NCBI GenBank assembly: GCA_965240325.2
Contig: OZ251239.1
Location: 1,240,001-1,304,000 of the forward strand
Reading direction: 5' to 3'
Source: Rebecca billardiae RCC1528
Lineage: Eukaryota > Protista > Haptophyta
DNA: 64,000 nt
Positions 24,290 through 37,159 of the stretch are shown here, piece after piece. How positions within the stretch are numbered: position 1 is the first letter of the stretch; each line of letters begins with the position of its first letter. The translations under genes were made by a program, and so were the position numbers. The notes below the pieces were generated by a model. The model worked only from the letters and a program-made list of their open reading frames with translations. It searched no databases and was not told where the DNA came from.

Positions 24290-24906
24290 ATGGCGAAGGC
24301 GGTGGACGTCTCGTCCCTCGCGGAGTGCATCGACTCGACGGGCCTCGAGGTGCTCAACGCCTCGAACCCGGAGCTTCTGCCCAAGGTTCTGAACGGGGGC
24401 ACCGAGCAGCCGCTCAAGTCCGACTGCGACGAGCAGCTGCTCGTGAGAATCCCGTTCACGCAGCCCGTGAAGCTGCACTCGCTCGTCATCACTGGGGGGG
24501 CAGGTCCGTCGCGCGCCGCGCCGTTCCCGCCGCGCGCCCGCCCAGCTCGCCCTCGCCAACCCGTCCGCGGCGCGCGCTCGTGGCCCGCGTGGCGCGCCAC
24601 GCCGTTCGTCCGCGCGCAGCGGCGCCGAGGCATATCAAGCTCTTCACGAATAAGGTCTCGATGACGTTCGACGACGTGGAGTCGTTCCCACCGACGCAGA
24701 CGCTCGAGCTCTCCGCCTCCGACTTCACCGACGGCGTCGCCACCGTGCCGCTGCAGTACGTCAAGTTCCAGTGCGTGCAGTCGCTCACCGCGTTCGTTGA
24801 GGACAACCTGGAGGACGGCGAGGTGACGGAGCTCGGGCGCGTGCAGGTGCTCGGCGTGCCGATCAAGGCGACAAACGTGAACGAGCTCAAGAAGCAGGAG
24901 GGCTGA
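24290..24906 (+). CDS. PITH-domain protein (stand-alone TXNL1/PITHD1-like; intron 24504-24619)
   Basis: LKSDCDEQLLVRIPFTQPVKLHSL | APRHIKLFTN..FDDVE..LQYVKFQCVQSLTAFVEDN; a phase-1 GT-AG intron joins the two ORF-track frames. Confidence 0.92.
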
Positions 24907-25527
24907 TGCTAGGCGCGCCTCCGCCGAGCGCCGCCGCGCCTCGGGCAGAGCGATGCACGCAGAGAAGTGACGGACGCTCCCCTAAAGGCGGCCCTCGGGC
25001 CTGCGGGGACGGCCTGACCCTGTCGATGCAGCTCGCGAGCGCGGCGGCGATGTGCGCCGGCACGTGGCCTCGGTGGGAGGGCGTGCGGCTGGCGCAGGCA
25101 CACGTGCCTTGCGCCCCTTGTACACCGGACACGGATATGCGGCGTGGACGAGCCTGAGGGTGTGACAATGTGCCGCGACGTCTGTCGGCTGGCCCGTCTC
25201 ACTCTCAATTCTCATCACCCGCGCGCCGACGGTGGAACGAATTGCACCATGATATACTACATGTATGACACTACTTCAGCCTTGCGCCGACCGCCATGAT
25301 ACGTTGACGGCCGTCGAGCTGCCTATCATGGGGTCGCCGCAGCTCCACTGTTAGGTCTGCGCGGTGCCGGTGTCACAGGCCGGCCCGCGCGGACGCTTTT
25401 GCTCATTGGCCATTGCTATGCTGACGATACTTTGTAACAAATCACAGGACATGCATGCAAGGTCCGTACTCGTACGCCCGCCGCGCGCGCGCGCTCGTCG
25501 AGCGGTCCGCTGATTCGCCCGCTCGAC

Positions 25528-27102
25528 ATGGCCGCGCCGAAGCCGAACCTGCGCGCCAAGCTCGAGAGCGTGCCCGAGTCGGCGCGCACCCCGCTGATGC
25601 GGCGCTACGCGCGCGCGTACGCGCTGCTCGACGAGGCCCAGGCCGCGCTCGAAGCGCTCCCGACGCGCGCGCGCGCTTCGCTCGCCGCCGTGGCGGAGGA
25701 GGCGTCAGCCGTGCGCGCGTGCGCGCAGATCGCGCGCGCGCTCGAGCTGACGGACCTGCGGCTCAGCCCGACCGTGGAGCTGATGCAGGCGATCCCACTC
25801 GTCGACGCGATCGCGCACCTGACCCCCGCGCCCGAGGTCCCGGAGGACCGGCCCTCGGTCGACAAGGCGAACCGAACGGCGCTGCTGAGGGTTGGCGCCG
25901 CCGAGGCGGTGGTCGTGCTCGTGGGCGCGTGGCGGCTGGTGTGCACGCGGCCGCTGGCGCCGGCGATGCGCGCGTGCGACGAGCTGCGCCTGCACCTCGA
26001 GGCCGGCCTCCTCGACGCCGAGCGCTGGGCGCGCGCGGGCGCGTGGGCAGCTGACACGCCGGATGCCCTGCTGCCGCTGAGTGCGTTCGCGCGCGCGCTC
26101 GGCCGCGTTGGCGCCTACGCGTGCCGCTCGCTGTACCGGCAGCCCGCGCAGCTGCGCGAGGACGTCCCGGGCGCGAACATGCACGGCGCGCTCGACACGG
26201 CGCGCCTACGCGCAAACCTCGCGCGCCACGCGCGCTGCGCGCTCCGGCTCTCACCCGGCTATGCGCACGCGCACGGCGCGCTGGGCTGGGCGGCGCACAC
26301 GGGCGGCGCGGCGGGCGCTGAGGAGCTGGGCGGGTACGCGGACGCGCTGCACTGCTGGCGCGCGTGCATGGCGTGCGCGGACGCGGCGGGCGACGACGTG
26401 CTCCGCTGCGTCGCGCGCATCGAGGTCGCCACGTTCATGGCGGTCGGCGGAGACGGCTGGGTCGGTCTGCCGTCGAGTGGCGCCGGCGTCCCGCCTGCCG
26501 TCGTCGTCCGCCGCGAGCTGCGCTCGGCCGCGTACGCCGACCCGGACCCCAAGCTCGAGGTGCAGGCGCCCCCGAGCGCGCGAGAGGCGATCCTCGCGCG
26601 CGAGCGCGCGCGCGCGCAAGACCCCGCGCGCCGCTGCGCCCTCGACCCGGGCGAGAGGCTGCTGGTCGAGCACTGGGTAGCGCTGCCTCTGTGGGCGGAG
26701 GCGCGCGCACTTTCCGAGAAACTGCTCGCGCCGTGCGGGCTCGACGAGTACGCGTACGGGGAGAGCTCGGGCTCGGCCTTCTGCGCGGCGTTCGAGCAGA
26801 TGACGCGCGAGGCGAACGGCGGGCGGGGCCTCGCGCGCGGCAACTTCGCCAACGCGCAAGTCTTCCGCTTGCCGAGCACCGTGCGCACGCCGGGCGACGG
26901 GCGCGCGGACCGCGCGCTCGCGGAGGAGCGGCTGCTGCGCTGCCACGCGTGCGGCAAGCTCAGCCCGGGCGAGAAGCTGCGCCAGTGCGCGCAGTGCCAC
27001 CAGGTGCGCTACTGCGACCGCGAGTGCCAGCGGGCGCACTGGAAGAAGCACAAGCGCGAGTGCGCCGCGCTCGCCCAGGCCTCGGCCGCGCAGAAGAAGT
27101 AG
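25528..27102 (+). CDS. MYND-type zinc finger protein with helical/TPR-like N-terminal part
   Basis: C-terminal CHACGK..LRQCAQCHQVRYCDRECQRAHWKKHKREC in a 524-aa ORF. Confidence 0.88.
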   Translation: MAAPKPNLRAKLESVPESARTPLMRRYARAYALLDEAQAALEALPTRARASLAAVAEEASAVRACAQIARALELTDLRLSPTVELMQAIPLVDAIAHLTPAPEVPEDRPSVDKANRTALLRVGAAEAVVVLVGAWRLVCTRPLAPAMRACDELRLHLEAGLLDAERWARAGAWAADTPDALLPLSAFARALGRVGAYACRSLYRQPAQLREDVPGANMHGALDTARLRANLARHARCALRLSPGYAHAHGALGWAAHTGGAAGAEELGGYADALHCWRACMACADAAGDDVLRCVARIEVATFMAVGGDGWVGLPSSGAGVPPAVVVRRELRSAAYADPDPKLEVQAPPSAREAILARERARAQDPARRCALDPGERLLVEHWVALPLWAEARALSEKLLAPCGLDEYAYGESSGSAFCAAFEQMTREANGGRGLARGNFANAQVFRLPSTVRTPGDGRADRALAEERLLRCHACGKLSPGEKLRQCAQCHQVRYCDRECQRAHWKKHKRECAALAQASAAQKK

Positions 27103-27802
27103 GCAGGGGCCTCAGCCGCTGCCGCAGCGTCAGCGGCGGGGTCGGGCGGTCGGCGACTCGGCGTCAGTAGTGAGTCAGTGCGGTAGTGTGACGTAAGCAC
27201 GTTCATATATATATATATATACACATGGCTGATGACGCGAACGCGTCAGCATAGTACCGCGTCGGTAAGTCGTCGGCCGAGACCGACGACCGGGCCGACT
27301 CACGACCGGGCGGGCGATGCCGGAGTTGCCGGACGACGCGCGATGTCGAGTAACGACGATGTTGACAATAATGCCATATATATATCGTAGTATATCAGCT
27401 CATGACGATTCGACGACATGTCACACATGACGACATCAGTCATCATGACGATCGATGGCTGACGATGAGTGATGAGCCCCGCAGTGAGGCACGGTGAGCA
27501 GCAGTAGTGTGAGACTGAGTAGGGCCACGAGGGCCAGCTCGGACGGGCCGCTCCGCGCGATCCGGGATGTTATTCGGATGCGTGCCGCCGAGGCCGGCGG
27601 GCGGCCCGAGATAGCTCATACGTAGTACGCGCTGCTATACATGTCAGCACATGTGATCAATGACACTGGTTCATCTAGTATCATGCGCGCATATTGCAGC
27701 GCGCTAGCGTCCGCCGTCCTGCTGGATCCACACCATCACCACCGCATCAGGCGCAGCGGGCGGGCCGCCGCGGCCTGCGCACGCCCCACGCAGCGCGTGT
27801 GC

Positions 27803-29100
27803 CTACGGCTTCTTGCCCTCGACCCACCAGGCGTCGTCCTCGAGCAGCCGGCTCGAGTCGACGAGCAGCTTGTAGAAGGACTCGCCCTCGGGCTGCTGCG
27901 CGTCCGCCGCCATCTCAGCGCGCATCTTGGCGCTCTGCAGGAAGGTGAGGAACTTGACCTCTGCGTCTGAGAGGTCCGGGTGCCAGATGTCGAAGACGAG
28001 GACGATCCGCGTGCCCTCGCCGTCGTGCCACGCCTCGTGCTCGAACGAGTCGTCGAAGAGCAGCGCGCGCCCCGCCACCGCCTCGTGCACGGTGTCGGCC
28101 ACGCGCATCCGCGAGCCTGACACACCGACCAGGGGGAGGTGAATCCGCAGCTTCTTATTGGTCGGCCCGTGGTGCTTGATGATGTGCGTGCCCGGCGTGA
28201 GCGCGGAGAAGAAGGCGTGCTCGTACGCGCGCGGCACCGTCGCGAGCAGTTCGCACGTGCGCGGGCACAGCGCGCGATTGCGCTCGAATCCAACCTGGCA
28301 AGCACAGCCGGCGCGCGGCGCGGCGCGCGCGGCGCGGCGCGCGGCGCGCAGGGCGGCGCGCAGCGCAAGGCGCGCGATGCCGTGAGATGCCTTCCGCGCG
28401 CGCCGGGCGGCGGGTGGTGGTTCCGCGCGGCATCTCGCGCGCGCGCGCGCACCTCGTGCAGCGAGAGGTAGAACACGTTCCAGTCGCCCGCGTCGTGGCT
28501 CAGCTGGCCGTGGCCGTCGGTGGAGTCGACCGCGTTCTGCGACGCCCAGCTCGGGATGCGGAGCGGCTGGAACCCGCGCGCGCCGCGCAGGGCGAGGAGC
28601 TCGCGCGCGATCTCGTCGGCGTGCGCCTCGATGTTCGCGAGCCACGGGAAGCGGCTGCCGTCCCACACGGGCTGCGCCGTCAGCTTGGGCAGCAGCTCGG
28701 GGCAGCCGGACTGCCAGGGCGACGCGGGCGGCGCGCGCACGCGACCGTTCAGGAGCATCAGCACCCACGGCCGCAGCCGGTCGAAGGCGCTCGCTGACGG
28801 GTCGGCGATGCGCCGGAGCCAGCGCTTCGCGATGACCATGCCGAAGTCCGAGAGGCAGTAGCTATGTAGGAACGCGTCCACCTTGCCCCACACGCGCCGC
28901 GCGCGCTCGTCGTCGTCCGCCGCGGCCGCGCGCTTGGCTGGCGCAAGCCTGATGCTGACACGCACGCTCGGTCCAGCGCGCTCGATGGAGAGGCGCACGC
29001 GCGCTTTTGGCTGCGGCAGGGTGCCGCCGGGCGAGGCGCGCGTCGCCCCCCGGCACTCCTCGCAGCGCGCCCACGACGGCTTGCGCACCCACGTCGACAT
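27803..29100 (-). CDS. Aspartyl/asparaginyl beta-hydroxylase family (2OG-Fe dioxygenase); intron 28295-28452
   Basis: GDWNVFYL..|..CPRTCELL..AFFSALTPGTHIIKHHGPTNKKLRIHLPL..FDDSFEHEAWH..RIVLVFDIWHPDL; phase-0 GTGCGC..CAG intron. Start could be 29211. Confidence 0.9.
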
Positions 29101-30257
29101 GACGGGGAGCGGAGCCACCGCCGACTGCCGCCAAGCGGAAGGGTGGTCCCGCCGCTTGCCACGCGCGTGACCAACCGTCGCCGCGCGAAAAAAGGCGGCG
29201 GAAAAGTCCATCACAGAAATGTTGCACCGGCCTGACAGCACTTAGCGCAGTTTCTGCTGACGAATAAACTGCTGCGCCCACCGCGACGCACCGCGCGCGC
29301 GCTGGCGGCTGGCGCGTTGCCACCACGGCTGGCTCTTGGTGCGGCGTGCGGGCGCGGGATCCCGTGCGGGCGCGGGATCCTCGTTGCGCACGTGTGTGCG
29401 AGCGCGAGTGCCCGGCGGGCCGTGCACAGCGACGGCTGCAAGTCTACGCCGTGCAGCAGTTGTGCTCGCCCCGCGCCTGCAGACCGGTGGGCCATCCGCG
29501 GTGCGTGCCGTTGCCGCGCCGTCGTGCCCGAGCGGCCGTGCGCAGCGACGACTGCATCGACGCGCGCCTCGCCGTGCGCCTCGGTGGGCCTTGCAGAAGT
29601 GCCGCGCTGCCGCGCCTGGCTTAATCGCACGCGCGACTGCAGCGCGCCACCGCCGGGATGACTGCCGTTAGTCGGCGCTGAACAGCCAACTCGTCGCATC
29701 GTCGTCGGGTCTGCCGGCCCTGGCAAGCTTCTCTGTCGCGTCCTAGACGCGCTGTGTTCGACCAGCCCCACCGGGACATGCGGCCGCCAGGCCCCCGCAG
29801 TTTATCCACGCCTACTACCGCCCGCCTGCGCTAGCTTGCATCTCTAGCTAGGACTTAATAGGGTGCGCAGTCAGACTAGTGTCGAGTAGTGACTGCGCTC
29901 TGACATGCACTGCTCATCAATCAAGCCTCGTCAATCGGCTCGTCAGCATGCATATCGTCATCATCATATTGCCACAGTCACGCGGCCAACGGCGGCCATG
30001 CCCGGCCCGATTCCCCTGGCGGAGACGTCGTCGCGATATATTATTCAGCAAGGCGGTATATATATCGTCACGCCCGTATCGTCGAAGTTATCCGCGCTCA
30101 TTATATCACTACTATATATCTAATATCAGTGCCCCGACGACTTACACTACGACGCCCTCTCTCTCTCTCTCTCTCTCTCTGGCTCTCTCTCTCTCTCTCT
30201 ATATATAGTCGCCGCGCGCCGGATATCATCATATGCACTGCTGATGATGCTAGCTTG

Positions 30258-32330
30258 CTAATACCGCCGACGGTAAGATCGACCCCTGCCGAGCGTGCCC
30301 AGCACGGGCGGCGGCAGCGCGCCGTCCTCCTCCGCATCCTCCGCCCCCGACTCCTCGTGGCTCGACAGCGGCGCGGGCGTGCTCCCGGGCCCGTCCGAAC
30401 TGTCCAGCTCGTCGCCTGGCTCGGGCTCGTCCGTGTCCTCGGACTGATCTTCGTACGGCATCATGAACGCCGAGAGCGTGCGCGGGCGTGCGCGGAGGTC
30501 GTCGTCCTCGCCCTTGTAGTCCTTGAGCCCGCCGATGCTGAACGTGTGGTGCCGGCCGGTCCGGCGGCGACGCGCGTGTGTGGAGCTCTGGTGGCTCAGC
30601 TGCAGCTGCGCCCACATCGCCGAGTTGGGCGCGATCGGCGAGCCAGCGGCCGGCTGGTCAGCGGCGGCGGCGGCCGGAGCCGCGCCCAGGGCGCCGTCCG
30701 AATCGGCTTCTGCGACCGGCGCGATGACCGGCGAGCGCACGCTCGGCGCGCGCGCGCGCCGCGCCTCGGTGCTGAACATCGGCACGTCGGCCACCGGCGC
30801 CGCCGCGGGGGCCTCGTCCGCGGCGCTCGCCGCGCACTCGTTGAGCGCCAAGGTGGGCGCGGCGGCCGCGGCGGTGGCGGCCGACGCCTCGAGCGCCTGG
30901 GCGGTCGACGCGGTGGGCAACACGGCGAGCTCGTGGACGGGCAGCAGGCAGCTCTCGAGCACGCGCAGCACCTCCTTCACGCCCGCCTCGTCCTTGTCCA
31001 TGCTGATGTCGAGCCCGGCGGAGTCGAACTCGTCGCGCTCGGGCGAGCCGCGCGGGTCGCCCGTCATGCCGATGATCATGCCGCTGAAGCCGGCCTCGCG
31101 CAGCGCGCGCGTCGCGCCAATGCCCGTCATGCGGGGCATCTGCAGGGCGGCGCGTGCGCGCGCGGGGCGGCGTGCGCGCGTGAGGCCGCGGGCGGCGGGC
31201 TCTGTGCGAAGGGTGGCCGCGCGCCAGCCGGCGACCATCCGCCGCGAGCGCGCCCCGCGCAAGCAGACACCGCGCGTGAAGGCGCGTGCGCTGTGGCACA
31301 CACCTGGTTGTCCATCACGATGATGTCGTACTGCTCGCCCTTCTCGACGATGCGCTCGACCGCCTCCTTGCCGTCCCGCGCCTGCTCGTACGGCGCGCCC
31401 ACGCGCTCGAACACGCGCTTGACAAAGCTCTTCTGCAGGATGCGGTCGTCGTCCACGTACAGGCAGCGGAAGCCCGGCGGGAAATCGTACCCGTCGAGCG
31501 ACGGGCGGCGCTTCGGGGGCTTCTTGGTCTTGGCCGCGACGGCGGCAGTGCCGAGCAGGCTGGGCGGCTGCGCGCCGAGCGGCACGGCGAGACCGGCGCC
31601 GTTGGTCACGCACGTCGGCGAGCCCCTCGGCGCCACCGCCGCCGCCGCGCCCTCGGTCTCGGGTTTGGCGAGGCGCGAGGCGGTGGGCGTGGGTGGCAGC
31701 CGGCGCTGCGGCGGCGGCGACGCCTCGAGCTCGTCGGCCGACATGATGGGCTCGCACACGACGGGCACGTGCGCGAGGGTCTGCCGCGGCCCGGCAGCCG
31801 GAGGCGCAGCGCCGAGACTGCGCTGCAACCTCTCCTGGCTGCGCGCGAGCGTCGTGCTGCGCGCGCGCGCGCGCGCCGACGCGAGGCGATCGTGCAGACC
31901 TGGCGACGAGACCGTCGACGCCACCAGCGGCCCAAGCTCTCCTTCGTTCGACTTGGCGCGCCACAGCCGGAGGCGCAGCTCAAAGGTGGCGCCGAGCCCC
32001 GGGCCGGGCGAGTCGAGGTGCAGCTCCGAGTTGTCGTGCAGCTGCAGCAGCTGCCGCGTGATCGACAGCCCGAGCCCGGTGCCGCCCGAGCCCTGCAGCT
32101 GCCCCTGCCCCACCTGCGAGAAGGCCTCGCCCTTCTTGAGAGTCTTGAGCTCGTCCGCGCCCATGCCGATGCCCGTGTCGACGACCGAGAGCGAGACCGC
32201 CGCCTGGTGCTCCGCGGCCTCTGGGTGGCGCGCGCACGGGCTCGAGTCGGACGCGCCACCTGCCATGTGCATGTTCATCACGGCCGCGCGCAGAGTGATC
32301 GTGCCTCCGGGCTCGCTGAACTTGAGCTGC

Positions 32331-32362
<32 letters not shown>

Positions 32363-34081
32363 CGAGCGGCGTCGCGGGCGGCGCGCGTCATCTCCAGCGC
32401 TTCGGCGCTCGCGCGCGCACCGCACGCGCCCGGCGCGGCCGCGCACCGCGTTGGAGACGCCGTTGTTCACGCACTGCTGCAGCCGGCGCGCGTCCGCGAT
32501 CAGCGGCTGCAGCAGCAGCTCGGGCGGGAGCGGCTCGACCCGAAGCGTCACGCCCTTGCGCTCCGCCAGCCCCATGAAGGTCGTGCAAGCGTCCTCGCAC
32601 AGCTGGCTCAGGTAGAAGGGCGCGGGCGCGAGGATGAGCCGGCCGCTGTCGATGCGCTCGACTGCGCGACGAGGCGCGCGCCGCGCGCGCGTGAGGGAGC
32701 CGATCGAGTCAGCGCTGGGCGGCGCAGGGCGGCGCTCGGGCCGGCAACACGCACCAAAGGGACCGCGCGCGCGGCATGGGCGTGACGCGTGCGCGCCGCG
32801 CGCGCGCGCACAGTCGAGCATGTCCGAGACGATGTGCTGCATCAGCATCGACATCTTGCCAAGCGCGTCGACCGAGTCAGTCACGTCGCCGTGGCCCAGC
32901 GACGTCGAGCCGTCCAGCTCCTGCAGCGTCGAGACGATGTTGGCCACTGCGAGCAGCGGAGAGCGCAGGTCGTGCATCACGACGCGGATGAGGCGCGAGC
33001 GCGCGTGCTTGGCTGCGAGCGCGCTCTGCAGCTGCAGCTGCTGCTCGGTCTCACTCTCCCGGAGCGCGTCGACCGCGAGCGTCGCGCGCTCCATGGCCAC
33101 CTCGAGCATCATGTGCTGCGCGGCAGCGAGCGAGTCGGCGGTGAGCTGGTAGTGGTGCTGCGCGCGCTGCGCCGAGACGTGCGCGAGGCGACTGAGCAGC
33201 GTGCCGCAGAGCAAGAGCGCGAAGAGTGCGCCGCCCTCGAGCATCGGGACGGGCTGCTCGGCGCGCGAGTGCACCACAAGGAGGACGAGCTGCTGCAGCG
33301 CGATGCAGCCGCCCAACGCGCACGTCGCCGTGGCCTGCATCGGCAGGACCATCGCGGCGACGGCGGGGACGGCGAGCGCGCGCAGCAGCTTGTCGAACTG
33401 GCCGAGCGCTCGGTGCGCTGCGGCCAGCGCCTCGGCGCCCGGAGCTCCGGTGATCGGGGCCACGCGGCCGCCGTCGAGCGCGCCGATGAAGCAGGCGGCG
33501 AAGAAGAGTACGAGCGCGAAGGTGACGCCCTCGACGGTGCGGAGCCGCATGCGCAGCCGCGGCAGGGCGAAGCCGAAGCAGGCCATGCCAGCAGCTGCGG
33601 CCATCGCGCCCACCGCGCAAACGGCTGCCCACGTCGACGGGGCCCGAGCCGCACCCGCCAGCCGCAGGGTGGTTGCGACGGCACAGAGAAGCGCGAACGC
33701 CGCGCCCGCGAGTACCAGCCGCGTGGGGTACTGCGCGAGCAGCTCCGCCGCGTACGCGCACTCCCGTTGGGCGTCGGCAAACTTGAGATTGAGCGTGAGG
33801 CGCGGCGGCTCGACCTTCTCGAGCGGCGGCGGCGGCGGCGTCGTCGACGACGTCGGCATGTGATCTTGCTGCACGTTTCCCTCGCCAGCCGCCGGGTCGG
33901 TGTCGCACTCCGCGGCGGCTGGGGCCGCCGCGGCGGCAGCAGGCGACGCGTCCGCGTCCGAAGTCGACGAAGAGTCCGAGTGCTCCGCTAAGCAGACGTC
34001 GGTTGAGGCAAGCGAGAGCTGGGAAGGGTTGCTGCCGATCATGGCGCACAGCACGGGCCGGCCGGATTGGTCACGTCCCAT
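30258..34081 (-). CDS. Membrane hybrid histidine kinase (TM block-HisKA-HATPase-receiver), copy 1; introns 32662-32811, 32327-32446, 31140-31303
   Basis: H-box [13 protein letters not shown]|FERIDSG, N-box NNGVSNA|LKFS, G1 VVDTGIGM, G2 GGTGLGLSI, receiver YVDDD..VMDNQ|MPRMTG..IIGMTG; several hydrophobic helices N-terminally. Confidence 0.92.
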
Positions 34082-36939
34082 CAGACGTGAGGAGCGAGGG
34101 CGGAGGGGAGCGCAAGGTTGGAGCTACGGTGCCGCGTTAACCTTGTGATTCACTTGCGTGGGTCGCGATTCGCGCGACGAATCAATTTCCGCACCCGCGG
34201 AAGTGAGTAAGCGATACCGTTTTCAATATGACCAAAAAGGCATGATGCACGTTTCTGTACTTCTCGAGAGTTCGAACGTCGCCAATCGCGGTAATCGATG
34301 CGGTAAGGAGTCTGATCTGCGAGACACTTGGTTAAGGCGTGATTAATACATTTTAATATACCTATTGTGAAATCATGCCGGCTTTTCGTTGAACGTCAAT
34401 GAACATGAGTACATGACAGATGATGTCTACTGTATTGTTCGCTACGTATGTATGAATACCCAATTACCCAGCGGTATTCTGATTGAACCGGCATACCGGT
34501 TCGATACAGGGGGCCATAGTAGTAGTATTACAAGTGCCGAGTCTGAAACACCCGACGCTCTAGGTTGACCGCCGCCCGCACGACTGCTGCTGCTCGGCTC
34601 ATCATCGTCTGAGCTTTGGCACCCAGGCACACCGGTTGTGAGGTTACGCGGTTTCAGTGATGCCCGCCATGACTCATGAGGATACATCTAGCTGGCGGGA
34701 TCTAAATCTGGGCACTTGTCCCAGCCCGCGCCAGTGCTGCTGATCGGCTCGTCGTTAGTCGGCTCAATGACCGCTCAAGCAGCCAGTTAAAGGCTTTCAG
34801 CCATATTGCTCCGAGCGGAAGCCAGCTACTCCGCGCTCCTATCTGCAAACGCCCTGCGATCGACTCATTGTGGGGGGGCTGCGCCCCCCCACACCCCCCC
34901 GCCCATTTTTAATTCTCTCCTGGGGCGGTAGCACCAAGGAGCGGTAGCACCAAGGAGCGCAGGGGTGACCTGTTCGCCGTAACATCTTGGCTTCGAGGTC
35001 TGGAACAGCTCCGCGCTGCATGTGCGCGCGCGATCGTGATGTGTCGTAGCACCTCGGCGTCGATCGCCGCGCGCCACTAGCACGTTGGCGCGATTCGCTC
35101 TGGATCGCAAGTGCCGACGCAAGCGCGAGACGAAGCGATTCGCTCCGCACGACGACCGCGCGGGAGCCATCGAGTAAAACGTGGCCATGTAGTACTTCCA
35201 AGATGCTCGAGGAGCGCTTGCCGACGACGAGGTCGTAGCCAGCGCGGCCCGCAGACAACCACCGCGACGTACATGGGTGTCTGCAGCTACTAGTATAAGC
35301 CACGCTGTCAGCCGTCAGCGATTAAATTGCCCATGCAGTTGCGGCCCTCGGCGGGGCGGTCAACAGCGGGGCGGGGGCGGGGCGCGACGCCATCATCCTC
35401 GCGGTGCACAGGAGTCTGTGAGCTCGACGAGCAGCCGCGAGTACTCAGTCTCGGCGGCCGCGCCCCCAAACGCAAGCAGCGGGGAGCAGGTTGGCTTTGT
35501 AACGCGCATGGTCGCGGCTAGGATCGAATTCTTGAGGGTCTTCGGCTGGTGGCGCGGCCCTGGTGCGGGCGCGGAGATGGTCGTCGACATCGTGGTCGAC
35601 GGATTCAGGTCGTTGTTTGTTTGCCCAGTCCGGCCGCCGGCAACGACTGGTGCACACCCAGATGCCTTTGGAAACCTGAAAACCACTCCACCGTGTAACT
35701 TGGAAGACGCCGACTTCGTGTCGACAATCGGACACTGCCGCCGACGAATCAGGAGACCCGCGTCGTCCTACCTGTGTCGTTAAATCATAGAATGGGCCGC
35801 CAGACGGCCAGTCTGATCACCCGGAGCCCGTTATACTTATAAAGGGGAATGTATATATATATACATATAGTACATTTTACTATGTTTTCACGTAGTGCAC
35901 ACAATTTGGTTAATAAGGCGTGAATGGCGGCGGCGGCGGCGGCCAAAGCGCGCGCAAGCAAGCCTTGGGGCAGCGGAGCTGACAAATCAACAATGCATAC
36001 TTGCGCGATTATAAGGAAATCAATACGGAAATCCGAAATGTACACGTCGTGGGGATACCTCCGATTTCATCTGGAATGTTTTTGCGATATCATTATTTAA
36101 TATAATAAATAATAGTGTATTCAATTGCTGCAACAAGTTATTATTGTTGCGATATCGTCGTCGGATATTTCCCAGCAGCACAGTAGACGTAGTGACCTCA
36201 GGCTCGAGTTGCAGCAGCGTGGTGCGAGGGGCAGGATTATACCCGCGTCTAATAAGTATACATAGTAGAATGCTTGCTATCGGGCCAATTGTGAATGCTG
36301 TATTTGGCGCAAGTCCTCAACCTCTACCGCGCGGTAGCAGGGCGTACGGTCACTCCCCCGTGCAACGGGTCAAGTGGCCAGAGTACTCGTCTGGTCGTCG
36401 TTGGCTGGCACGGGCCGCAGCGCTAAAGCACCCTGCTGTCACTACACCCGACTCCTTCAGTACTCCGAGCTGCGCGGCACGACTCACTCGGCACGATCGC
36501 GGACGGGTCGGATCCGAGCTGATGATCAGCCAGAGTTGGACAGTTCGTGGCGCAGCTAGTAAATAAGTTGTCAGACGGACGTCCGATGCCGATGGCACGA
36601 TCGCGGACGGGTCGGATCCGAGCTGATCAGCCAGTTGGACATTTGGCATCAGCTAGTTGTCAGACGGACCGGGACGTCCGATTAGTGACGGGTGCCGGGT
36701 GCGGTCTCAGGTCCACTGCTGTGATTGTGTGAATTAAGTGTGAATGAGTCTCGCGGGATCGCAGGCAGGGCGACCGGGTCGGACTAATAGTTAGACTGTA
36801 CTCTTCAGTCATCTCAGAACCGACTTCAACTGGCGAACTGCCACTACGGCAGAGAGCCGCGATTGCACGGCCACCGCGTCGGCCCCCAACTGCATTGATT
36901 CTATGCAGAAAAGGACCAGCAGCGGAACGCGGTTGATGA

Positions 36940-37139
<200 letters not shown>

Positions 37140-37159
37140 CGTCAGCAATTAGCAGATCA

